DNA of 64,000 nt from an uncultured Acidobacteriaceae bacterium (lineage in GTDB: Bacteria > Acidobacteriota > Terriglobia > Terriglobales > Acidobacteriaceae): positions 1,438,235 through 1,502,234 of the forward strand of contig CAWJSL010000003.1 of assembly GCA_963845585.1 (NCBI GenBank), in the 5' to 3' direction. Below, piece after piece: positions 34,301-43,772 of this stretch. Position numbers and translations under genes: made by a program. Below the pieces are notes generated by a model that searched no databases, was not told the DNA's origin, and saw nothing but the letters and a program-made list of their open reading frames with translations. Position 1 is the first letter of the stretch; every line of letters starts with the position of its first letter.

Positions 34301-36307
34301 ATGGATTTCACAGGGAAACGCAACGTTCTCCGCACAAGTCTATTGCTTCTCGCTGTCAGTCTTTTGAGCACCGCGCTGCTGGCCTCCGGGCCCTGGCAGG
34401 TGTTAGGTCCGGATGGCGGCGATGCGCGCAGCCTGGCTTACGACGCGCACAATCCCGATCACATCCTGCTCGGCACCAGCGCCGGCCAGATGTTTGTTTC
34501 GAACGATGCCGGACGCACCTGGTCGCGCCTGGCGCGGCTGGGTGGCGACGACTACGTGCTCGACCACATCTCCATCGATCCGCAGGACTCCAACCGCATT
34601 TATGTTTCGGCGTGGAGCGTGTCGAGCCAGCAGATCGGCGAGATCTTCCGCACGCGCGACGGCGGCCGCAACTGGGAAACGCTGCCCGCGATGCACGGCA
34701 AATCGATCCGCGCCCTGGGCATGCACAAGGCTGATTCCAAAGTCGTGGTCGCCGGCGCGCTCGATGGCGTCTACCGCAGCAAAGATGGCGGCGATACCTG
34801 GGAGCGCCTGTCGCCCCCGAACTCCGCCGACATCAAGAATATTGAATCGATCGCCGTCGATCCCAAAGATCCCAACACTGTCTATGCCGGAACCTGGCAC
34901 CTGGCCTGGAAAACTTCCGATGGCGGCGCCAACTGGCAGCATATTAATAAAGGCATGATCGACGACTCCGACGTGTTCTCGGTCATCGTCGACCATGACA
35001 ATCCCTCGGTCGTTTTCGCCAGCGCGTGCTCCGGAATCTACAGGAGCGAGAATGGGGGCAACCTGTTCACCAAGATTCAGGGCATCCCGTTTTCAGCGCG
35101 CCGCACCCGCGTGCTCAAGCAGGATCCGACCAACGAAAAAATCATTTACGCCGGAACCACCGAAGGCCTCTGGAAGACAACCGATCTGGGCAAGGTGTGG
35201 AAGCGGGTCAGCGATCCCGAGGTCGTCGTCAATGATGTGCTCATCGATCCGCGGGATTCCAATCGCGTGCTGCTCGCCACCGACCGCAGCGGCGTAATGG
35301 CCTCGACGGATGGCGCCTCCACCTGGACCACTTCCAACCACGGCTACGCGCATCGCTATGTTTCCGCCGTTCTGGCCGATAACCGCGATGCCGGCACGCT
35401 CTACGTTGGCGTGGTCAACGACCGCGAATACGGCGGCTTGTTCTATTCCCATGACGCCGGACAGCACTGGTTGCAGAAAGCGGCCGGCCTCGGCGGAAAA
35501 GACGTTTTCGCGCTCAAACAGGCTCCCAACGGAATGCTGGTTGCCGGGACTAATCACGGCGTGTATGCGCTGGAGCGCAATGCCGGCGAATGGCGTTCCA
35601 TGAACGTTGTGCTGATCGAGCACACCTCGAAAACCACGCGCAAAGGTTCGAGCAAACCGGTCACCAGGACGACCTTCGAGAAGAAGGAGCTCGTATCGCG
35701 GGTTAACGATCTGGAACTCGGCTCCGGACGCTGGCTGGCGGCAACCACCACTGGCATCTACTCCAGCGCCGACCAGGGCAAAACCTGGAAGAGCGGGCAG
35801 GTTCTGGGACAGCAGGATTTCGTTTCGGTGCGCGCCGAAGGTTCCACGGTGGTCGCGGCTACGCGTTCCAGCGTGCTGACCTCGAATGACAGCGGCGCGA
35901 CCTGGAAACTGGCCGGTCTGCCGACGTATGTGGTCGGCATCCGCAGCGTGGCAATTGCTTCGGATAACCAGATCGTCATCGCCTCACGCGAAGGCGCGTT
36001 CCGCAGCGGAAACGGTGGCGCGACCTGGGAGCATGTTGGCAACGGCCTCCCCGGCAAGGACATCACTTCCGTCAGTTTCGATCCCACCCAGAAGCGCCTG
36101 CTGGCCACCAGCGACGCGACCGGCGTCATCTTCGAAAGCCGCGACGGCGGGCGTTCCTGGCAGCGCGGTCCCGACAGCGGATTCCCGCTGCGCCGGGTCA
36201 GCGTGTTTGGCGGACGCTTCGTGGGCGCAACTCCATTTGATGGCGTCATCCTGCAACCGGAAAACGAATCCATCAGCGCCGCCGCCGAAGCCAGCAGCAC
36301 CGAGTAA
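34301..36307 (+). CDS. Secreted BNR/Asp-box repeat beta-propeller protein (Ycf48/GH74/sortilin-like)
   Basis: About ten SxDxGxTW Asp-boxes (SNDAGRTW, TRDGGRNW, SKDGGDTW, TSDGGANW, STDGASTW, SADQGKTW, SNDSGATW, SRDGGRSW...). Signal peptide from ATG 34301, downstream of the terminator. Confidence 0.85.
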   Translation: MDFTGKRNVLRTSLLLLAVSLLSTALLASGPWQVLGPDGGDARSLAYDAHNPDHILLGTSAGQMFVSNDAGRTWSRLARLGGDDYVLDHISIDPQDSNRIYVSAWSVSSQQIGEIFRTRDGGRNWETLPAMHGKSIRALGMHKADSKVVVAGALDGVYRSKDGGDTWERLSPPNSADIKNIESIAVDPKDPNTVYAGTWHLAWKTSDGGANWQHINKGMIDDSDVFSVIVDHDNPSVVFASACSGIYRSENGGNLFTKIQGIPFSARRTRVLKQDPTNEKIIYAGTTEGLWKTTDLGKVWKRVSDPEVVVNDVLIDPRDSNRVLLATDRSGVMASTDGASTWTTSNHGYAHRYVSAVLADNRDAGTLYVGVVNDREYGGLFYSHDAGQHWLQKAAGLGGKDVFALKQAPNGMLVAGTNHGVYALERNAGEWRSMNVVLIEHTSKTTRKGSSKPVTRTTFEKKELVSRVNDLELGSGRWLAATTTGIYSSADQGKTWKSGQVLGQQDFVSVRAEGSTVVAATRSSVLTSNDSGATWKLAGLPTYVVGIRSVAIASDNQIVIASREGAFRSGNGGATWEHVGNGLPGKDITSVSFDPTQKRLLATSDATGVIFESRDGGRSWQRGPDSGFPLRRVSVFGGRFVGATPFDGVILQPENESISAAAEASSTE

Positions 36308-36346
36308 GACTGAATCAAATCGAAGACCGAATCAAATCGAAATACG

Positions 36347-36380
36347 AACCGGGGAAGCGGAAACGCTTCCCCGGTTTTTC
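36347..36380 (+). terminator. Rho-independent terminator after the BNR gene
   Basis: aaccggggaagcg gaaa cgcttccccggtt tttc. Confidence 0.85.
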
Positions 36381-36477
36381 CTGGTGCAACCGTCATTGCC
36401 ATGTTCGAGGCCGGTTCGCCGAAGCGCCTGCGCTTGCGTTCTCTATAAGGGTGGGAAACAATCTTCTTGTCACCGTT

Positions 36478-37110
36478 ATGAGACTTGCCTGTGGACTCGC
36501 GATGGCGTTTTGGCTGAGTTTCCCGGCTGCGGGAGCGGCTTCATGGCAACAGGACTCGGCAGGCTCCGCGAATTCCGCCGTACAAGCTCCGGCTGCGCCC
36601 GCAGCTCCAGCGGAGAAGGCGCGCACAGAGCCCGCTCCGGCGGAGCAGGTTCCGGCAGAGAACACGCCGGCTGTGGCCACAAATCCGGAGACGCCGGCTG
36701 CGGAGAAGAAAGCGCCGGAGAGCGTAGCCAAGGAAAAGACGGATGCTGGCTCGGCGAGCGGAACCACGAAACGCCGCAAGCGCGCCGCGCCAGCGCCGAA
36801 TGGCGCGCCGCGGAAGATTGTGGTTCGCGAGGGCGGAGCGAGCGAGCCCGCGGAGCAGATTGCGCCCGGCATGCCCCCCGCAGAAGCCACCCGCGAGCGC
36901 CAGCGCGCGGAGCAGTTGCTGGGTTCGACCGACGACCAAGTGAAGCTGTTGGCGTTACGCACGCTGGACGCGCGACAGCAGGAGACGGTGGCACAGATCC
37001 GCAACTATATGGATGGTGCGCGTTCGGCGCTGCAGGAAGGCGATGTGCGGAGAGCAAGCACACTGGCGGAGAAGGCACATTTGCTGGTGGAAGATTTGGT
37101 GAAGCATTAG
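36478..37110 (+). CDS. Hypothetical secreted Ala/Pro/Glu-rich protein
   Basis: Signal peptide MRLACGLAMAFWLSFPAAGAAS, a low-complexity middle and a helical C-terminus. Several overlapping shadow ORFs exist in this GC-rich stretch, so coding status is moderate. Confidence 0.5.
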   Translation: MRLACGLAMAFWLSFPAAGAASWQQDSAGSANSAVQAPAAPAAPAEKARTEPAPAEQVPAENTPAVATNPETPAAEKKAPESVAKEKTDAGSASGTTKRRKRAAPAPNGAPRKIVVREGGASEPAEQIAPGMPPAEATRERQRAEQLLGSTDDQVKLLALRTLDARQQETVAQIRNYMDGARSALQEGDVRRASTLAEKAHLLVEDLVKH

Positions 37111-37150
37111 GGGCCAAAAACACACGCCGAGAAGGGTGACGCAGGGAGAA

Positions 37151-37247
37151 AGTTCTCAGGTCCCAGGTCTCAGGAACATCTCAAGCCTTTAGCGGACTAA
37201 CAACTCCCATCCAAATCTGACACCTGAGACCTGACACCTGAGACCTG
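37151..37247. repeat. Tandem-heptamer inverted-arm element between convergent genes
   Basis: - Left arm: agttctc aggtccc aggtctc agg (37151-37174).
- Right arm: tctgaca cctgaga cctgaca cctgaga cctg (37216-37247).

Ends 3 nt before the glgC stop codon. Confidence 0.88.
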
Positions 37248-37249
37248 CC

Positions 37250-38506
37250 CTACTCACTGGTGAAGTAGTCGACGCTCACGGGGTTCTCAAACAGGGAGTA
37301 GTCCCGGGTAACGATGGTGATGCCGCTGTCGGTGACGAAGTACTGCTCGCGGTCGGCTTCCACATCGTAGCCGATGGTGGTGCCTTCGGGAATGTGCACG
37401 TTGCGATCAATGATGGCTTTGCGGATGCGGCAACTGCGTCCCACGTTCACATGCGCGAATAGAATGCTGTACTCGATTTCGGTGTAGGAGTTAACCCGCA
37501 CGTCGGGAGAGAGCACGCAATTCTGGACGGAGCCGCCGGAAACGATGCAGCCGGCGGAGACCAGCGAATCGAGCGCGTGGCCCATGCGTCCGGTCTCGGC
37601 AAACACGAATTTTGCCGGCGGATACTGCCGCTGGTGGGTGCGGATGGGCCATTGCTCATCGTAAAGATTGAACACGGGAGAGACCGAAACCAGGTCCATA
37701 TTGGCTTCGTAATAGGCTTCGAGCGTGCCCACGTCGCGCCAGTAGAGCGCTTCTTTCCTGTTTTCGTCGACAAAATCGAAGGCGAAGACGCGGTAGTCAT
37801 CCAGCATTTTGGGCAGAATATCCTTGCCGAAATCGTGGCTCGAACCGGGGTCCTCGGCGTCTTTGAGCAGCACCGGAATGAGCACGTCGGTGTTGAAAAT
37901 ATAGATGCCCATCAATGCTGGAATTTTGGTTGGATCGTAGGGCGACCGGATCTCGGTGTGTTGCGGTTTTTCCATGAAGCCGACGATGCGATTCTCGCGG
38001 TCGATGTCGACGACGCCGAATTGGCGGCATTCGGCCGGGTCGATTGCCAGCGTGGCGAGGGTGACGTCGGCGGCGGCGTCCTGGTGCTGCTTGAGCATGC
38101 GCCCGTAATTCATTTTGTAGATGTGGTCGCTGTAAAGGATGATCACATACTTCGGCTGCTCGGAGCCGATGGAATAGATGTTCTGATAGACCGCGTCGGC
38201 CGTCCCCATGTACCAGTTTGCGCTGACCCGTTGCATGGGCGGCAGGATTTCGATGAACTCGCCGATTTCACGGCCGAAAATGTTCCAGCCTTCGCGGATC
38301 TGCCGATTGAGCGACAGCGCCTTGTATTGCGTGAGGATGTAGATGCGGCGCAGGCCGGAGTTGACGCAGTTGGAAAGCGTGACGTCGATGATGCGGTAGT
38401 TGCCGCCGAAAGTCACGGCGGGTTTGGCGCGGTCGCGGGTGAGCGGATAGAGGCGCTCGCCTGCGCCTCCCGCGAGCAAGATTCCGAGCGTGTCTTTCAT
38501 CGACAT
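37250..38506 (-). CDS. glgC: Glucose-1-phosphate adenylyltransferase
   Basis: GILLAGGAGERLYPLTRDRAKPAVTFGGNYRIIDVTLSNCVNSG is the GlgC signature. C-terminal left-handed beta-helix. ATG 38506 is preferred. Confidence 0.9.
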   Translation of the reverse strand: MSMKDTLGILLAGGAGERLYPLTRDRAKPAVTFGGNYRIIDVTLSNCVNSGLRRIYILTQYKALSLNRQIREGWNIFGREIGEFIEILPPMQRVSANWYMGTADAVYQNIYSIGSEQPKYVIILYSDHIYKMNYGRMLKQHQDAAADVTLATLAIDPAECRQFGVVDIDRENRIVGFMEKPQHTEIRSPYDPTKIPALMGIYIFNTDVLIPVLLKDAEDPGSSHDFGKDILPKMLDDYRVFAFDFVDENRKEALYWRDVGTLEAYYEANMDLVSVSPVFNLYDEQWPIRTHQRQYPPAKFVFAETGRMGHALDSLVSAGCIVSGGSVQNCVLSPDVRVNSYTEIEYSILFAHVNVGRSCRIRKAIIDRNVHIPEGTTIGYDVEADREQYFVTDSGITIVTRDYSLFENPVSVDYFTSE

Positions 38507-38646
38507 ACCGAATGGAGGCAACGCGCAGCGCTGCTGCGGGTCAACGCGAAATACTAGCACAAGCGGCGCGTTCTGTCCGGCGCGCTACCGACCCAATAGT
38601 CGGCACAGAAAGGCGGCTTGACTGGACAAATCGCGCGGTCGCGGTA

Positions 38647-40011
38647 CTAGCAGTGCACGATCTTGTCGCTCTTAATGCCGCGCGTGGCGTTACGCGAATC
38701 CACTACCAACTGGGCCTCGTCGACGATCTTCTTGTAGTGGTAGTCGGAGTGGTCGGTGACAATGAGCACGCAGTCGTACTGGCCCAGATTGTCGAGCGGC
38801 GAGCACTTCATTTGCAGGTCGTACTTGCGGCCGCGGCCGACGAAGGGAAAGTAGGGGTCGTTATAGCTGACCACCGCGCCCTCTTTTTGCAGCAACTCAA
38901 TGATGGTGAGAGCGGGCGACTCGCGCAGATCGTCAATATCCTTCTTATAGGCCACGCCCAGAACCAGGATCTTAGATCCGTTGATGGCCTTCTTCTGACG
39001 GTTGAGCGCGGAGATGGTCGAGGCGATCACGTTATAAGGCATGGCCACGTTGATTTCGCCGGCCAGTTCGATGAAGCGGGTGTGAAAGTCGAACTCCTTT
39101 GCCTTCCAGGAAAGATAGAACGGGTCGACCGGGATGCAATGTCCGCCCAGACCCGGCCCGGGATAAAACGGATGGAAGCCGAAAGGCTTGGTGGTCGCGG
39201 CTTCGATGATCTCCCAGATGTTGAGGCCCATGCGCAGGCAGAGCATCTTGAGTTCGTTGACCAGCGCGATGTTGACGCAGCGGTAGATGTTTTCGAGCAA
39301 CTTGGTCATCTCCGCGGCCGCGGGCGAGGAGACGGGAACGGTGCGGCGGAAGATGGAGCCGTAGAGCGCGGCTGCGATTTCGCTGGCCTGGGGATCGAGC
39401 CCGCCAATCACTTTCGGAATATCGTGACGAGCCACCTCGGTGTTGCCGGGATCCTCGCGCTCGGGCGAGAACGCGACCCAGATCTCGTGGTCGCCGGCTG
39501 CGCCCTGGCGGAAAGCTTTCAGTCCGGCCTTGTTTTCCTTTTCGAGAATCGGAATCAGCACTTCTTCGGTGGTGCCGGGGAAGCTTGTGCTCTCCAGGAT
39601 GACGATCTGACCGGCGCGCAGATAGGGCGCTACCGCGTGAGCGGTGTCGGTGATGTAGCTGAGGTCGGGCTCGTGATATTCGTTGAGCGGCGTGGGGACG
39701 CAGATGATGATCGCATCCATGGCCGTGATCTGCGAATAGTCGGCCGTGGGTTTGAAGCCCTTCGATTTGGCCGCCGCGATCTCCTCGGGCGTGATGCGGA
39801 AAATGTAGGTGCCGCCGCTGTCGAGGGTATCGATTTTTCGCCGATCGATATCGAAACCGGTGACGGGAAATTTCTGCTCGCTGTAGAGCAGGGCCAGCGG
39901 CAATCCGACATAGCCGAGGCCGATGATTCCGACCTGAGCCTGGCGCGCGGCGATGCGGCTTTTCAAGCCAGTAAAGAGGGAAGAAGCGGTGAGTTGAGTA
40001 TTCATATGCAA
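38647..40011 (-). CDS. Nucleotide-sugar 6-dehydrogenase (UDP-GlcNAc/UDP-ManNAc dehydrogenase family)
   Basis: NAD motif VGIIGLGYVGLPLAL. Catalytic Cys region GLGGHCIPVDP. 454 aa. Confidence 0.88.
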   Translation of the reverse strand: MHMNTQLTASSLFTGLKSRIAARQAQVGIIGLGYVGLPLALLYSEQKFPVTGFDIDRRKIDTLDSGGTYIFRITPEEIAAAKSKGFKPTADYSQITAMDAIIICVPTPLNEYHEPDLSYITDTAHAVAPYLRAGQIVILESTSFPGTTEEVLIPILEKENKAGLKAFRQGAAGDHEIWVAFSPEREDPGNTEVARHDIPKVIGGLDPQASEIAAALYGSIFRRTVPVSSPAAAEMTKLLENIYRCVNIALVNELKMLCLRMGLNIWEIIEAATTKPFGFHPFYPGPGLGGHCIPVDPFYLSWKAKEFDFHTRFIELAGEINVAMPYNVIASTISALNRQKKAINGSKILVLGVAYKKDIDDLRESPALTIIELLQKEGAVVSYNDPYFPFVGRGRKYDLQMKCSPLDNLGQYDCVLIVTDHSDYHYKKIVDEAQLVVDSRNATRGIKSDKIVHC

Positions 40012-40176
40012 GAAATGATTCTAGCAGGTCGCGCTTGGCCCGCGGAAGCTGCGGTTATCATTCGATTTTCATGTTACTTTTACAGGGCGGCTTGCGAACT
40101 CGATTCCTGCCCCAATCAAACTCGCCCGCGCAGCGATTTCCTTAATAACATGCGAGTGCGGTAACATGCGCCTCAG

Positions 40177-40746
40177 ATGCGATTCTTACGACTACTCATC
40201 GTGTTCGTGATCTTGGCTGCGCTGGCAAGCCAGGCGGCGCGCTTTCTGGTGGTGGACGAACCGGAAAAGTCCGATGCCATCGTAGTGCTGGCTGGGGAAA
40301 CCAACGTCCGTCCGGCCCGCGCTCTGGAACTTCTCCGCCAGGGAGTGGCGCCGCGCGCGTTCATAAATGTCCAGACGCGCGATCGGATCTACGATCAACC
40401 ACTGGTCGACATTGCGCGGAAATATGCGAGCGGCCTTCCGGAAGCAAACCGCATTTCGGTATGCCCGGTCGCCGGCTTCTCGACCCAAGCTGAGGCCGAC
40501 GATGTGAGCCGATGCCTGCAGCCGCTGGGCGCGCACCGCGTGCTGATCGTGACCTCCGCATCTCACACCCGCCGCGCCTTGACGATCTTTCGCCATCGCT
40601 TGCCGCAATATCAGTTCAACGCGTCCGCAGCTCGAGATCCGGCGCATTTCGGCGAAGCCTGGTGGACGAACCGCGAATGGGCAAAAACCACTTTCGATGA
40701 GTGGACGAAGATGCTGTGGTGGGAAGCGGTGGACCGCTGGCGGTAG
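40177..40746 (+). CDS. DUF218 (YdcF/ElyC/SanA) family protein
   Basis: N-terminal TM segment. DAIVVLAGE and VLIVTSASHTRRAL motifs. Confidence 0.78.
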   Translation: MRFLRLLIVFVILAALASQAARFLVVDEPEKSDAIVVLAGETNVRPARALELLRQGVAPRAFINVQTRDRIYDQPLVDIARKYASGLPEANRISVCPVAGFSTQAEADDVSRCLQPLGAHRVLIVTSASHTRRALTIFRHRLPQYQFNASAARDPAHFGEAWWTNREWAKTTFDEWTKMLWWEAVDRWR

Positions 40747-40748
40747 TC

Positions 40749-40863
40749 AGTTGCCAGTTCTCAGTTGCCAAGTCTCAGTGACCAAGCTTCAGTGTCGGCA
40801 AACACCAAGCGCGATCTTTGGTGTAAATTTGCTGAGAACTGAGAACTGGGAACTGAGAACTGG
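40749..40863. repeat. Tandem-heptamer inverted-arm element (AGTTCTC flavour)
   Basis: - Left arm: agttgcc agttctc agttgcc aagtctc agtgacc aagcttc agtgtcg.
- Right arm: ctgagaa ctgagaa ctgggaa ctgagaa ctgg.
- Central mini-hairpin: acaccaa...ttggtgt.

Lies between the DUF218 stop and the CDGSH gene RBS. Confidence 0.88.
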
Positions 40864-40876
40864 TCCAGGAGGTTCC

Positions 40877-41098
40877 ATGGCGCAAGTCACGATTACAGTG
40901 CGCAAGAACGGTTCTTTGCGCGTAGACGATCCCAACGGCGTTGTCGAAATGGTGGACGCCGATGGCAACAAATACGACTTGGCCGGCAAGACGGCGTTTT
41001 CCCTCTGCCGCTGCGGCGCTTCCGCCAACCGGCCTTTCTGCGACGGTAGTCACAAGATCGCCTTCCAGGCGCCCGACACGGCGATCAAGAACGCGTAG
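40877..41098 (+). CDS. CDGSH iron-sulfur domain protein
   Basis: AGGAGG RBS. CRCGASANRPFCDGSH matches the CxCx2(S/T)x3PxCDG(S/A/T)H signature. 73 aa. Confidence 0.82.
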   Translation: MAQVTITVRKNGSLRVDDPNGVVEMVDADGNKYDLAGKTAFSLCRCGASANRPFCDGSHKIAFQAPDTAIKNA

Positions 41099-41186
41099 TT
41101 GACGGGTTCGGCTTCGGCGAATTTCTGCTACTTAATCGGAGTTTCCCTAGGGTCGTGTCCCGCAAGTTCGTGGCATAAATACATAC

Positions 41187-41213
41187 TGTCATCCTGAGCG
41201 AAGCGAAGGGATG
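41187..41213. repeat. Left part of a palindromic GTCATCCTGAGCGAAGCGAAGG element, interrupted by IS30
   Basis: tgtcatcctgagcgaagcgaagggatg. Ends with the ATG that is duplicated at 42263-42265. Confidence 0.85.
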
Positions 41214-42262
41214 AATTCACGTTTGAAGTGCAACAGTGTGTTCCAAGAATACCTCGTTGGGAGTTTTGAAGCCGAGGCATTTTCTGGGTGTGTCGTTATA
41301 GCGTTCGAGACAGAGGGCGAGGCGATGGGCGGGCAGGGTATCGAGGTCGGTGTTTCTGGGCAACTGGCGGCGCAAACGGCCAATCGCGTTTTCGATGCCG
41401 CCCTTTTGCCACGGCGAGTGCGTGTCGCAGAACCAGGTCTGGATGCCAAACCGTCGGCTCAGGAGATAGTGTTTGCTGAACTCCGTTCCGTTATCGAAGG
41501 TCATGGATTGGCACACACGCGCGGGCATCGCTTCCACCATGGCGCTGAGATTGTCGGCGACCGACTGCGCCGTTCTCGCCTTCTGCCGCACCAGCAGGGC
41601 GCGCCGCGACCTGCGTTCCTGCGCCACCAGCAAGAACTGTCCCGGTTTGCTGAAGCTCATGAGGTCGGCTTCCCAATCGCCCAAGCGCGTTCTGGCCTCC
41701 ACCACCGCCGGACGATCATGGATGGAAACCCTGTCCACTATGGACGCCGTCGACCATCGGCCATTGGGCAGACGCTTTCCGCGACGGTACTTTTGGCGAG
41801 GCAACCAGCGATGCAGGGTTTCGTTGAAGGACCCACTGCGCCAATAAATGTAACGGTAGATCAATTCGTAGCTGATGCGGTCGCTGCCCGGTCCCTGGGC
41901 CATGCGCCCGGCAATCTGCTCCGGCGACCATCCCGCGGCGAGATGTTGCAAAACTTTCTCACGAAGTTCCGGCTGACGTTCCAGCTTATGGGCTCGACCG
42001 CGAGCATGACGACGCAGCATCAACTGCTGCGCGCGCTCCGGATCGTAACCCCCGGTCCACTGCTTGGACGCCTTGCCGTTGCGCTTCAGTTCACGGCTGA
42101 TCGTCGCCGCGCTCCGCCCCAGAACGCCAGCGATGCAGCGCAGAGATTTACCGTCTGCATGCAGACGGTAAATCTCAATCCGCTCTCTGAGGCCCAACTG
42201 CTCATACCTTCTTTTTTCCATCGCAACACCTTTGTACGGTGTTGCACTTGATTCGTGAACTC
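41214..42262 (-). mobile_element. IS30-family insertion sequence (1049 bp) with imperfect terminal inverted repeats and 3-bp target duplication
   Basis: Ends are aattcacgtttgaagtgcaaca and tgttgcacttgattcgtgaactc (about 24-bp imperfect IRs). Flanking ATG/ATG direct repeat. A single transposase ORF fills the element. Confidence 0.85.
41217..42221 (-). CDS. IS30 family transposase
   Basis: 334 aa. N-terminal HTH (RCIAGVLGRSAATISRELKRN). DDE region with GDWEADLM and FDNGTEFS motifs. Confidence 0.9.
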   Translation of the reverse strand: MEKRRYEQLGLRERIEIYRLHADGKSLRCIAGVLGRSAATISRELKRNGKASKQWTGGYDPERAQQLMLRRHARGRAHKLERQPELREKVLQHLAAGWSPEQIAGRMAQGPGSDRISYELIYRYIYWRSGSFNETLHRWLPRQKYRRGKRLPNGRWSTASIVDRVSIHDRPAVVEARTRLGDWEADLMSFSKPGQFLLVAQERRSRRALLVRQKARTAQSVADNLSAMVEAMPARVCQSMTFDNGTEFSKHYLLSRRFGIQTWFCDTHSPWQKGGIENAIGRLRRQLPRNTDLDTLPAHRLALCLERYNDTPRKCLGFKTPNEVFLEHTVALQT

Positions 42263-42322
42263 ATGAGGACCTATGTATTTGAGCTCACAATGCATAGTTC
42301 TTTCGCTTCGCTCAAGATGACA
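42263..42322. repeat. Right part of the interrupted palindromic element
   Basis: atgaggacctatgtatttgagctcacaatgcatagttctttcgcttcgctcaagatgaca. The core matches 16141-16178. Confidence 0.85.
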
Positions 42323-42526
42323 ACTCACTTATTTCGCAAATTTCCGGGACAGCACCCTAGTGTCTAACTGGAAACCGGGGCGGCGATATTCCGTGCCCGG
42401 AGCTTTCCTGTGATCTAGCATGGTCGGTAGACAATTGTTGCCGGAATTCCCGGCAGTGGTTTTCAAATCGTCTCGGGTTTTCAAATCGAGGTTTTCAGGC
42501 CGAAGAACTTTTTACCTGCTGACTCT

Positions 42527-43729
42527 ATGGGCCCTTCGAAAAAAGCACAGCACGCGATTCGGCGCAGCACGCGACTGCCGCTGGAAGTTCCGGTGCTGGT
42601 GACCAGTCTCGACGGCGCCGCGCCGTTTTCCGAGCAGTGCAACACCACGCTGGTGAACGCGCACGGATGCGGGTTGATCGTTTCACGGGCGCTGCCGCAG
42701 GGCATTCGGGTCCGGCTGGAAATCCTTTCGGCAAAGCGGCACACCACGGCGCAGGTGTCGGAGGTGGTTCCACTGGGCGGCGATCCCGAGACTTGGCTGA
42801 TCGGCCTGGAACTCGACGTTCCCGGCAACTTCTGGGGAATCGAGTACGCGCCTTCGGATTGGAAGATCGAGGAGAGCCCCTCGCCTGCCGCAGAGCAGCA
42901 GCAGTTAAATCAAGAGCCCGGCGCGGCGAAGCCGGCTCGTTCGCGACGCTGGCGACTGACCGACATCAGCGCGGGCGCCTGCTACCTGGAGACCTCTGCG
43001 CCATTTCCCGTCGATACTTCGGTCTTGCTGAGTATTCGTGCGTCCGACACAGAATGCCTGCTCGACGGAGTGGTGCGGGTGTCGCATGCGCAAACGGGAA
43101 TGGGAGTCGAGTTCACGCGAGCGCAAGGGCAGGATCAGCGGGCGAAGGTGGAGGAACTGATCGGCCAGCTCACGAACAATCGCGAGGTTCCGAAGATTTT
43201 CGTCGGCAGAAAAGAAGGCTCAAGAAAACTTCAACACGCGGCGCCGAATCTGGCGCCCGACGCGGCGTCCGATAACGAGTCGACCGACCCGCTCCTGGAG
43301 TTGATTCGCGAGGCCGCGTCGTTGACTGCGGAGCAGTTTCTGAACGATTTGCGAGCGCAGCGGCTGGGCAGGCGCCGCGACGCGCGGATTGAACTTGCGT
43401 TGCCGGTGCTGCTTACCGGGACCGACGTCAGAGGCCGTCCTCTGGATCAGCGAGTGATGACGATCAATATCAGCCGGCGCGGAGCGTTGCTCGACGGCGT
43501 CCACGGACTAGTTGGGAAGGGCGACAAAATTTCTCTCGCTCGCGGACGCAAGAAGGAGCAGTTTCGAGTCGCGTGGGTCGGGGAAGAAGACACTCCGGCG
43601 GAGGGGCAGATTGGGGTGGCTGCGGTCGATCCGAATACTTCGTTTTGGGATGAGGTGCTCGAAGCGACCTCGCAGTCGGGGCTCGAAACGGCCAGCCTTC
43701 GCGGAAACGACCGCGGGACGGGGCATTAG
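42527..43729 (+). CDS. Protein with three PilZ-like domains (putative c-di-GMP effector)
   Basis: Three RxxxR ... (D/N)xSxxG-like pairs: RRSTR...NAHGCG; RSRRWR...DISAGA; RRRDAR...NISRRG. Confidence 0.75.
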   Translation: MGPSKKAQHAIRRSTRLPLEVPVLVTSLDGAAPFSEQCNTTLVNAHGCGLIVSRALPQGIRVRLEILSAKRHTTAQVSEVVPLGGDPETWLIGLELDVPGNFWGIEYAPSDWKIEESPSPAAEQQQLNQEPGAAKPARSRRWRLTDISAGACYLETSAPFPVDTSVLLSIRASDTECLLDGVVRVSHAQTGMGVEFTRAQGQDQRAKVEELIGQLTNNREVPKIFVGRKEGSRKLQHAAPNLAPDAASDNESTDPLLELIREAASLTAEQFLNDLRAQRLGRRRDARIELALPVLLTGTDVRGRPLDQRVMTINISRRGALLDGVHGLVGKGDKISLARGRKKEQFRVAWVGEEDTPAEGQIGVAAVDPNTSFWDEVLEATSQSGLETASLRGNDRGTGH

Positions 43730-43772
43730 CGGCTGTGGGATAATCCGCACCACACGAGTTGAGGGTTTTCAC

